Shown piece after piece: positions 47,001 to 59,100 of a DNA stretch of 64,000 bases. The notes below the pieces were generated by a model. The model did not search any database. It worked only from the letters and a program-made list of their open reading frames with translations, and was not told the origin of the DNA. Location: positions 434,001 through 498,000 of the forward strand of contig JAYWIR010000003.1 in NCBI GenBank assembly GCA_036172245.1. The letters are read 5' to 3'. The stretch comes from Raillietiella orientalis. Lineage: Eukaryota. Position numbers and translations under genes: made by a program. Numbering within the stretch: position 1 is the first letter of the stretch; each line of letters begins with the position of its first letter.

Positions 47001-50000
47001 TGAAAAATGAACAAGTTATCAACTGCAGCTTGGAGGAATGATAACAAGGGGGAAAAAAGCATAATTCGATACAGAATGAAGGCGAAATACCGACAACGGA
47101 GAGCACTGAACACAGGTGGTGATTGCTTTACAAAGAATTTCCTCTCCAGGAACTGATCGCACCAATAGCACAGTTTGGTGCGCGTCACCTTTCTGAGTGG
47201 ATTTTCGAATGATCCGTTCACTCATTGATGGAAGAAACAACATATACGTCCTCGGTAAAGTAAATAAGGGTAGGTAAATAGACCGACCCAACTGCTGTAT
47301 CTTGGTCAAACGAAGAATAAATAGTACAAAATACTTTTTTCCGCTTAACTCATGCGCAAATCACCTCAGTGAATTTTCATCTCTTTCCGCTGCTTAGAAA
47401 TTGCAATAAGAGGAACCAAGAGAAGCTACACGATGATGGCTTACCTAATTTCACCTTTCATCAAAACACACACAGGAAAAAACATTTACGTAAAAACAGA
47501 GATTTCGAGTGATCGCTTCGTACAAGCCAATGAGGATCTGACAAGTGGGCTTATACCTTGGAGGAGTGACGCAACAATAGAACCCGTATCCTTTAAAAGG
47601 ATGTCGTAGGCATATTGCAAGCAGTCGCTCGAGCCGAAGAGTGCGAAGCCCAGGTGCAAGTAGCCCAGGTTTGTACATTCTTGATGGGAGAGAGAAAAGG
47701 GATGAGGACAACTGGATAAGGGAGCAGATGAAAGAATGGAAGGCTACCTGTTCTTCCTTGAGCACGCGGCTGTCTCGAGAGGCGCTAACGACATGAGCTC
47801 CCAGAGACGGGGTTTTTCACGGTGTTCATTTGCCGTAGCCGCTTTATCATTCCTCCTCGTAGGCCATAGGGTTGCGCACGGGAAGGGGGCTGGCGGTTGT
47901 GCAGATAAGGGAACCGGCTCAAGAGGCTCAGTTTTTCGTTAAGCACCGGTAGTTGCGACACGGAAAGATTTAGAATTGTACATGAGTCGACCCTACCATC
48001 TGTGACCTGGGACCTGAAAGGAGGAACCCACTGGGAAGGAAGTGAGGTCCAGCTTCGGGGATTCGCCAAGCTAGAAAGAGAAATAATACTTATGGACTTC
48101 ATCTCTCCCCTCTTCCCCTTTCTCACAATACGATTGTCGGTAAGGGCCCCAAAGACAGGAGAGAGATGACGATGACGACACGAGGCTCTTCCTTTTCAAC
48201 CATGAGAATGAGTCAGAGGCACACTCCTCTGACCTGGCTGGTGAAGTAGCGCGTAGAGAGTCCTTCCCAGAGATCTGGGAGCAGCATGTGAGGGGAAGAC
48301 TGTTCCGAAAAGACAGGGACAGGGTGACAGAAACATCAGTCCCGTTCTGAAGGACTAAGGAGGAGGGCTTGAGGCTCCGGAAACCGTGGAAATGGGGGGA
48401 ATAGGGATCAAGAACCCATTCCCGGTCCGTTCATGGAAGAGGATGGAGGAACATCCCTTCCCGATTTTTCAAAAGGCATTGATGAGTTTCTAGTGAGAGG
48501 CAGAGAAGTAATGAGAATGGAGTGGGGAGGAAAGAGGAGGGTTAATGGTGGGCGTCGTGTATTTCGTCCAGCTTTCATCTGTGCTCCGATGCTGTGCTGA
48601 CAGGATCAGAAGGCGGATCTACCTCGAGTAGTAAGTGCACAGAAGGCGCAACGGATCGAGGTTTCGTTGCCATCCTGCAGCTGGAAGATCCCTCTCATTT
48701 ACGCTAACGATTTACGCTACGCTAAACCTCCCTGGAACAAGATAGGAGCACTGGGACTGCGTTTTCTTGCTGCCAGAAGACAGCGACGCTCCAGGAAACG
48801 GCTGAGAAAGCACAACTTTCTTGACTCGTGAGGTGGCTAGCAAAACAGTTCGGAGGAGAGAGGAACTCCCTAACACGTCCATCTCTTTTGCTTCCTCTGA
48901 GTACCACCTCTGTCCCTTTACAAACCATTCTTGGTCAGGTTGCAACTGCGACGTCCTCCATGCGAGGACATAGCGGACGGATGACTATCCCGCGACCTAT
49001 AGTCATCATTAACGATGCTCGCATGTGCTGTTTTCGTTCCGAGACATCTAAGTGGGTTGTTTTCCAGATAAACCTTTACAAAAAGTGGCAGACAGAGAAT
49101 ACGGAAGGCGCGAAAAGGCAAGAAGGACAGGAGTTTCCAAAACTCTGAGGGATGTAAAATTATGTGATCGTCTGTTCACATGCAAGAGAAATGAGTAAGA
49201 GAGGAAGCAGAGATATCTTTGGTTCTAAATGCTTCGTTTTTTTTCAATAGAGCTGCATCGAGGGAATCCATGGATAGTGTTCAAACACACGGACTCGTCT
49301 CTCATTGGTCTCGGCAAGCCTAGTCGCAGTGTCAAAGGAGTCAGTGTGGCTTGATGTAGTAATGTGGATACCAGGAGTCAGCGTCTGCTCAGAGCCATTA
49401 CAGGAGAAAGGATCTCTGCACGATCGAAGGAAAGCACCCTCTCCCCCAAGAACTCAATTAGATGCGGACGTGCACGCCAGATCAGATCACAGATCTGCCG
49501 GGCAAATCAGCATATTCTCACAAGTCCCCACACGGTAGGTGTGATGGAAAAGAGAAGAATAGGACCCTTTCAAGAGAAGGCAAACGAAATAGTCATTGTG
49601 AAATGCTCGGTTCCAGACGAGAAATGCATGTATGTTGTGACTGCTGGGGAACTCCGAGAAACCAGGACGAATATCTGAAGATCGAAAGCCGATGATGCCT
49701 CCTGCCAGAATCACTCACGTCTAGAATCCAGGGTGCACATACGAAATACTCTGTTGAAGGAATAGGGAGGACTGATAATGATATTAGCAATGTTTTACTG
49801 GATGATAGCGTTCAGAAGTTGTGCATGGATAAACGCTTTCAATTTGCATGAAAGCTTTTTAGTAAAGGAGGAGGAGGAGCAGAGAGAATCTGCGACAAAA
49901 CTCTGTGTACTCCCCATGAAAATTGATGAGCTCAGATCCCCTATGATCACGGAAAATGGAAGTTTTAAAAAGCACCTAACGTACTCATTTTGGATGCAGT

Positions 50001-52672
50001 TTTTTATAGAGGAAGAACTGCGTAACAGTTGATGGAAATATAGTCCGATATTATATGTTATGATTCGACACAGTTTAATCCAATAATTTTCCAATATCGT
50101 GATTTTTTATTTATCGTAACATCGGTAGCAGAGTAAAGCTCTGAATAGTAACGGCTCCATGGAGCATTTGAAAGAGCACTGGATATTTACACTTTCAAAC
50201 TATCCCCTCTTCACATCTGTCTTACTTTCCTATTCACTGGAAGCAGTATTGCTCATCAGGCTTCTGTGATGTGGGCTTGCCAGTTTGGCTCAGATGGATC
50301 TTATGGGGAAAATTCTCTTTTGTTTTCTCTGCGTCTCAAGATCGGACAGTTCTCAAGTTGAGCTCAACAAACTTCTAGTTTCGACACAAACATACCAATA
50401 ATAATCAGCTTCCTAAGATTCGATCTGCCCTCACGTTGGCAAGTGTCGTTTCTATTTGCATCTTTGTTTTGAAGGCCGATGGATAGATCACGCTTCCATC
50501 CTCTCGTGCTGCATTTTCCTTAGGATCTGAATCCCTGGGAACTTTCGCTTCCATAGAAACCGAACAACAAGTATATATACCTTTTCCACATGATAAATAT
50601 AAATTAATAATGAACCGCAGTTCCTCAGCTTCATTGTTAAGGAAAATCCCCGAGAGGTATAAAGGTATGGTCTGATGTCATTTGATGAATTCTTTCTTTG
50701 TGCAGTGCTGTGACAACAATAATTTTTTTTTTTAAGTACAAATATTGGTTCTGCTGTTTCCTTGGCGACAGCACAAAGAAAATACTGTAATACTTTCGAA
50801 AATATGAAAGGTAAGAAACGCTTTCTGGAAAGATACATTACTTGTAGTATATATATATATATATATTCCTAGCCTTAAATACTTTCCTAAATGGTTGTAT
50901 ACCTCAGAGTTACATGTTCTCCATGCACAATGATGATGGTATTAAGGAATTTCATGAAAGCGAAATAGCAATTAATGGACAAGAATATGATAAAAAGTTA
51001 CTGTTTTTTTTTTTTTTTTCCGGCTCAACGTTGATACAGGATCCACAGTTATGTAGGATCAGGAAGAAAGAAAAAAGTAAATTTACGTCAGCTGTTTTTG
51101 ACTAAAAGCCAAACTGATGCAGATGCAGTGGAGCATTCAATTTTTCGATTTTTACTCTCAAGACATTTTTAGAGCTTTGAATTTTCATTTAGTTATTCAA
51201 GACTGCTCCCCTAAACGTCCCAAATTCTACAGTTGAAACACATCAAATTGGAATTGCTGCAAACACAGCAAAATGTTTCAGACTTTATCTTCGACAGAGG
51301 TTTTGTTACTCAAATATTTTGCAAAGGGATGATTTCTTGCTTTTCGGGATTATGCGTGCGCTAAGGTTTGAAAAGGAATGCCAGTGAATCTTTTGAGTGG
51401 CTTTGTTCCGAAAGAACCTTGTGAGATCATTTCTGCGATGTTCTATCGCATGCTGCTGATACATTATTTGTTCCTGGCTTGGCTGATATTTACATTATTT
51501 TGCAATTATACGAGTACGTCTCGGATAACTTCGTCGAGCAAGTTGCACTTAACAGCTGTTGCCTTTTCTGCTGCGGAAAGTGAGCCGTCCTAGTGGCCGT
51601 TGGGCACCTCGGTGAATTTTCAAGCTAAAGTGCTTAAATTTCTGGAAACCTTGGAGCATGTAAAATTGGAATGAGGAAGAAGAAATGGAGGCGGTTGATG
51701 TTAGATTGCGCTCAGATGTTTACATCAGCGATGTCTCATTCTCATTGAGAATATGGAATGGCGTTCTCCATTCGTACTTCAGATGAGGGGAAGCGGATAT
51801 GGCCTTGCAGGCTATCCAAGTTCTGCTGCATCCACTTCAGCAGTACACGAAAAATCAATTTTTCATTTTTTTTACAGATACTGATCGTGAAATCATAATC
51901 TCCTCAAATCATAGCACTTCTGTGATTATTTTACTGTTTTTCGAGCTTACGATCAATTATTCCGTTTGCAAGTATATCAATGTTGAGTGGACAAGAACAA
52001 CAAGAAAGGAGCTAAGGGAAGCTCTGAATAATGAAGAGACACTTTTGAGCTCGGCCACAGAAAGCAAAGAAAATTGTGTGTTCAGTTGTATGGAGTTATC
52101 TGTGAACCATGTAGTATGCAAAATTTGTCTGTTTTTTTAAAGCAATCCTTATAAAATCCTGATCTTTGTACCATTATCTTGGTCTCATGCTTAAATAATA
52201 CAGAGTTTTGGAAGAAAATCGTTTAGTGTATGATCCTTGATTTACTATGGAGATCGTTTCTGAGAGAATTCTGCTTTAATAAGTTGAAACTATTCATAAA
52301 TCACCATGGAATCTAAGATATGAAGTTCTAAAGCGTGTCCCAAGGACACTCCCCCTTCACGTTTTTCTCAGAGAGGATGTATAGAAAGTATAAACATCTT
52401 TTAAATCAGTAAGATTAATCATTCGAAAGTCAGTTAAAACCAAATTTACCAGCATATAGAAAACATTAAAATAACTTGTTCTCTATGAATATAAATCTCA
52501 AGTGTAAGCTACAAAACCGGGACCTGACTAGATGATTGAACTGTTTGAACTCTTATATTTGAACTGTGCATGAAACGCGGTTAAATATAAAAACTTACAT
52601 TTTCATAGGGAAACACTGGATAATTTTATGCACTCCCTGAAATAAAATTATGCTTATTAATTGTTTTTTTAG

Positions 52673-53000
52673 GTTCTGCAGACAAATTCACCGCTGTGTC
52701 CCTGCCCTTACTCTTTCAAGGCATTCGTGTATTCCTGAAGCAAATTGATTTGGTGCAAAACCAAACATTTGATGTGATGATGAATGATGAACATTGCTTT
52801 CGAAGCTGTTTACTTGCAGCTGCATTTGCTTTTGAAGCTTCTGTGTCGTAAACATTTTCAATTTCATTTTTTTTAGGCACACATTCTAGTGGTTTCATTC
52901 TAAAATTCCACGAACTAATCTCAATAGATGTCTCACCAGAGTAGGCACATTTTCGTCGCCAGTGTTGTGAATCATTTCTGTTCCTGTACAGTGTTTCAAT
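52673..53000 (+). pseudogene. Exon-like relic weakly resembling the retinoblastoma-family pocket A domain
   Basis: An AG-bounded open segment LLFQGIRVFLKQIDLVQNQTFDVMMNDEHCFRSCLLAAAF aligns by eye with the RB pocket-A pattern LYY.V...LK.E.....NFS.LLND.IFH.SLLACAL. The next exon-like block contains a stop. Confidence 0.25.
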
Positions 53001-56000
53001 GTCTTTATCGAGTTTTTGTTCAAATAGTGCAGATAAATCCAAGAACAAATGCATAAGAATATGTATGTGAATGTACACACACGCACACACACACGGAAAA
53101 AAATGGATTTTCTCAGCGTGCCTTCTTTCAAGATCGTGAATACGTCGGAGACTTCGAACCATGCTCTGTGATCTGAATAACCGGGAGTCGAAATTAACGG
53201 ATAATATGCAGATTTCAAGTTGTAAGCAATTATTTTCTTCTGTTTACTTGGCAACGTAATGAAGATCAGTACTTTAAGGAAAGATCGTTGACCACTCATG
53301 TTCAAACTCTTCAATGATTTATATTTTTTTAGTAAAAATTCTCAATCTATTATTATGTAGATGCACCCAACGCTATACTGTATGGAAAGTACATACAGAT
53401 ATTTAGGGAGGAAAGTCTCTTAAAAGAGGTGACAAGTTAATATTAGCATTTTGTACTAATACCGAAGACAAGCTACATCCAAGAGAAAGAGAGAAAAAGA
53501 AGGATCATCCCAGAACAAGAAAAATGGAATATACTGTCCAGTTTTAGCTATCCGAAGCGTATAGAAGCAAATTTCAGCAGATCAAAGACGAGAATTACAG
53601 GAAACAAAATCATGAATCGAACTCTTTTGTTTGTTTGATTTTCGAAGGTTGCTCATTTTAGCTCAGAATATATCCCAAATACTAATTTTTTTCAATTCTT
53701 ACTGTTTGGGTTCCAATTTCACACTCATGATGAAGTGAGATTAATAAAAAAAAACAAATAGGTTCTTACATCCCAACAGAAGAGATCCCTTGGATTATAA
53801 TAGTAGTTTATGAATCCTAGTGTACTGATGCAAATTACTTCAGTTTTGGTAATTCTAAAGAAAACGAGATAATAAATTACTTTTTGATTTGTGAAAATTG
53901 CTATTTAGCAAGTTAAACATGAAGTCGAGATTCAGCCTATATTAAAAAGGAGCACTGGTTTTCAGTGGCAAGCAATGTTTTTACTCATTTGGATTGGTAT
54001 GCAGCATTATTACTTGAGGATTCAAATAACCTTGAAGATTACACCGAAGATAACCTAACGCACTAATTGTATAGTCACAACTACTAATTTCTGTCTATAG
54101 AAACTATTGTTTTCAAAGCAATAAAATTGCCCATGGAACCGATTCCTACTTCATTCCATAACATCTCTGTAAAATTGCTACCAGAGTTTCTTTTATCTGG
54201 GTACTGACTAGCAACAAATACGTGATCAGTAAAACTAACACGTGTTCATGAGCAAGTTCTTTTTCTTGTTTTCAATTTACGGACTCTTCAGCATGCTTCA
54301 AAAATTTTCAAGTTTTAATAAACTGAGTGCATTCAGTAAATGCTAATGTTTTGCATCAGTGAATAACAGATTTAAGTCAAAAATCTCTAGACATGAATTT
54401 GCAAGATGCTGCTGCTGACCTTTAACTCAGTGAACGTGCACTTAAAACTTTTGCGTTTTATAATTTAGTTTCATTATTCAAACCAATGTTTGATTACTGA
54501 AGTGAAAGAGATCAAACTTATGAAACCAAAAACTGATGGATGAAACGAATAAGATTTATGACTGAAAAAATAGGTTTGCAGTTGTCGGTGATTATTTTCT
54601 AAGAAATCAGGGATAAATGATTTTTCATTCGAAAAAAAAAAAACATCCTGTTCCTTGAGAAATGAAAATGATTGTATGTTTAGTGAAAATTCAATCTTCA
54701 CCTGTGATTTGAAGAAAACTGGTGGATTTATAGATTTCAAGTTTGAGAGGCATATCTAGTGCTAAGGTGTACTTCCTTGATGTACATCAATCGTATGATT
54801 TGCGTATCTTTACTTCTTAGGTATCATCTGATTTCTTAACTTAATGACAGCGTATATTTCTTTTAAGATTTAAGATGCACATGATTTATGAACCAATTGC
54901 ATGTGTGATCTCAACTCGTTCGCGTAAAGGAATTGCAGAATCAACATGTGAACGGCAAGGACAATTGCGAGAACCATCAATCAAAATTTCGTTGCACATG
55001 CAGTGCATTGAGTGAACTCAAATTCAAGGGAATGCAAACAACATACTGGTGTGGTCAGTTTGCGTGATCAATTTTCGTAATTGCATTCTAATTTTGAGAT
55101 ACCTTAGGTTTTCAGTAGAGCAGTTATTATGTTCGTTGATTTTGAAAAATTTTCTTGCTCAGAAATTGCAATTATTCAATGCGAAGAAAACAAAGCAGCT
55201 AAATCTTTGATTGAACAAGAAGAAAAAAAACTTGCAAACCGAATGTAGATGGTCGACTTAATTGAATGCTGAAGAATAAAACCACAAATAATATTACATA
55301 CAAAAAAAATAGGTCACAGTGCCCAAAAATTCGATTCGAAAAATCGGTAACCCAACGCTAAGTGAATAAACGGTGAAAACTTAATTCTTCAAGAAAAATT
55401 TCCTGGGTTTTATGCAAAGCAATTTTATTTGCGGTTGCTCATCAAAAATTATGATTTACATGTCTGTTTAAGAAAACAATTCATTGTATGCTGTTCTTGT
55501 ATGGCAGTCTGACCTTTGTCAATTGAAGACGAGGAAATTCAATCGGTGAAACACTTTAAATAATAATAATTGTTAACCACCTAATTCCTAGATAAAAGCA
55601 TAGCTAGAATATTCTTCACAAAATGTGCCCCAATTCGATTTTAATTTAAAACTAGAAATTACAGAGAACACATTTAAATCTAAGGGACAGCTGTCAAACA
55701 GTTTAGCAATATACAAAATCAAAGAGAAGCTTAGCCAGGGAACCCTGGTAAACTGAAGTCCTCCACCCTCCACACTTATATTTTTCCAAGCCATCAGTAA
55801 CAAGGAAAAAGGCCTTTAAGCTAATTTCGGATAATCTCTGATATTTTCAGAGAAATTATCTCTGAAGTCGCTCTAAAAGTTAGTGTGAAAATGATTACAC
55901 ATGTAGTTGAATTTGTGATCACATTCCATTGTATAGGATTTTCTAAGACCATTTGAATAGTTGAATCTTTCTTAAAATGAAGCTTGCTAAGCGACATCAT

Positions 56001-56192
56001 GTGATCCTATATGCAATTGAGCAATCTAATTGCAATCTATTAATTACTTTATGCAAAATTTCTAATCCTTCTCTAATAATTTACTTCAAATGCCTTCAGT
56101 TTTTAAAATAAAAGTCTATCCTGCGAATATACATTTCATATTTATTGGAAAATTGTCTTTGTGAAATGTTGCTTGTTGCCTTTCTATTTCAG

Positions 56193-59100
56193 CTAATTGT
56201 CATCGAAAATATTTCTTAAGAAAACAGAGCACACCAAATTACAAGGAAATTGAAGTTCCCGATGACGATGATTACATATGTTAGTAGACATTATTTATTC
56301 ACACTTTTTATGTTTAAAAAATGCATCTTCTATACTTTGTTGACAAATCTTCATCTGGAATCTACTGAAGGATTCTTGATGTAGACAATTCGGAGAAAAG
56401 ACTATCCTCAAACTGAATTTTCTTAGGGGAAAACAATTACATTGTGGATACTAACTAATAGAATTGAAGAATATTTGATTAGCGTTTTCATCCTTGCACT
56501 TATGAAAAACTGAAAATTAATTGGGATTCAGGATTATCAAAAAATTATTCACCTACCAGTTAGAGAGAGTTAATCTCTCTCATCCCTAAGCGTTAAAATT
56601 TGATATGGTGAGATCTTTAACTTTGGAGACATGTATCCGTTGTAAATGTTCATGTATTCCTTTATCTTTGGGAAAAAGGAGCGATAAAACAGAAAAACCT
56701 TTTCGTTATCCTGGAAAGATGGAATTGAAGCACAATTAGAATTCGTTGTTATGTGTAGTGTTACTATGTACGCTCGTATTATTCGTAGATTTAAAACCAA
56801 GTTTGTTAGTATCTATTTATTTCATTATTCGCCGGGTATGTTTTCTTAAAAAAGTCAATAGGAACACCTAATTGTGTTCTGTATAAAAATGCAAAGCATG
56901 CGTTGATAGATATTTTACATTTTAGACTGTGATACTTGTGATAAGGAATATTACCATGGATGTGACTTCCATTTTTTGGTGCACATTCCGGATAGGAAAG
57001 CAAATTGTGTGAGTTGCAAATAGTTTTCCGTTTCGTTTGCTTCCACATGTTTCCTTTTCATTCTACATTTTTAGATGATTAGTAAAGATAGAAAACCAAC
57101 ATTCCAAGATACAATGCCAAGTTTTCTTCGTCTGTGTAAATCGAAAATCGGCATAGCCGGAAATGGTATATGGACAGAAATAGCGTTGCCATCTGGAATT
57201 GTCTTTGGACCTTACAGAGGGGAAATCAGCAAGAACCTTTCAATGTGCAAAGAACATGGATATGCCTGGGAGGTAAACAGTTATTCATTTGCTTGAATAA
57301 ACTATATAACAGTACAGATCAAAAGCGAAAAAAAAACACTCTATTACATTGATGCTTGGAACACTTCCAAGGCCAATTGGATGCGTTCAGTCAACTGTGC
57401 TAGATACTCTGAAGAACAAAATCTCATAGCATTTCAATTCAAACGCAAAATTTATTACCGGACCTTCAAAGTTATTCCTCCTCATGTTGAACTTTTAGTG
57501 TGGTATGGTAAAGCGTATGCAAAGTTTATGGGGATTACAAAATACCAAGGCTATGTGAAAAATCAATCCCTCCACGATAGTAAGTATAAACTTTGTGAAT
57601 AAACTTGAAAATATTTCCAAGTGAAGTGCTTTTCTAACTCAGTTATATCATAGCCAGCGAGAAACTTGAATACTTGGGTCATGTAGCAATTTGCAGTTAG
57701 CGCTACTTTCTGCAACTTAAATTTAATCATTTTGTTTCTTTGAACATATTCAGATCTTCTTATGGATAAGTTTCTCGTAGACTTAGAACAGATTGCGCTT
57801 GTTCGTCTAAATCTCTCTGTGTGAGTTTAATTTTTATACGGTCATCACGATTAATTCAGTAAACCCTATTTTTCGAGTGGTATTATTAAAATGAGGTTTA
57901 CGAACTCGTGAAATGAAATTGCGATTTTTTATCAGAGTTCATTTCTTTGTGAGTTAAAACATAGGTTTTGTGATTCATAGTTTAGATAGCCATGTGATTA
58001 GCTTTCGTAGCATTTCGAAATGTCGAAATCCTGCATTTTTTCCTAAACGATCACAGTTCGTCCATTTCGTCTTTTCTTTGTTAGGTTTTCTTCATAGTTC
58101 TCCTTCTACGAACAGATTGTCTTCGAGGTGCAAAGAACCTTTTTCATCTGGCAAAACCTTAGAATTTCGAATCCAAGTAAAGTACTTTGTGATATCTTCG
58201 TAATCCAACAGGGAACAGCGATTGCTCAAATTCAGTGTGTTTCAATACAAAACTCGCAAAGTGAATCAGAACAATAATCGATGCTTAACTTATCATTTTC
58301 AATAAAAAAGAACAAAAAACCGACATTTTGGTACTGTCAGACTAATTCAAATATACTTATGCCGGAAGTTATGTATTTGCTAAAAACAAATTGACTAACA
58401 ATATCCGATTCGACCGATTTCCATTTCGTTATCATTGATAATCTAAATCTCATGTAATCCAATCCAATAACTAATCTGTTTTTTATACTGTGCGAAGTTC
58501 TTCATCTTTCAATCCCTGGGAAATTCCAGGTGCGGCCAATCTTCCACATGCATTTTTTTAATTCAGTTGGTCATTCATTTCGGTTTTATGGTCTTGATCT
58601 AGAAACGTTCGCTTGCTCTCGACCTTTGGATAGCAATTATATGTAACTAAAGAACTTTAAAATCGATTTCACAAATAGATTGATCAATCTTATTGATAAA
58701 TCCCCAAATTTTGAAATCATTCATTTATCTCGTTCAAAAAGAGCATTGAAATGATGCATTCTTCTCTTTACCCAGAAAGTTGTCCTACACATGCTTGCAA
58801 AATGTGCTCATCATATTTTCTAGAAGGTCGCCATGTTCACAATCACTTATGCTTCGATCGTTCTCGTCTGGGAAACCTTGTCGGTAGGTAAATCACGTCA
58901 CAATCACAAACTCTGAAAGCTTAATTGATGTTCTTGCAGATTTATGTTCTTATCCGAAAAATGTTTCGGTTAGTGTTTCTATCTTTTGTCAATTTGTAAT
59001 TGTATAACTTAACATCGGAAGAAATAAAACAGTCTTCAAACTGTCATTCCAGAACACGAGGCCTGATGGGGTGCAAAATGCCGGTGCAAGCAAAAGTGTT

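Noticed and set aside
51960..55670. KRAB-like strings KYINVEWTRTTRKELREALN (about 51970) and IARIFFTK...KTRNYR (about 55600)
   Set aside because: Too few conserved residues, one contains a stop, and neither splices in phase to the SSXRD exon.
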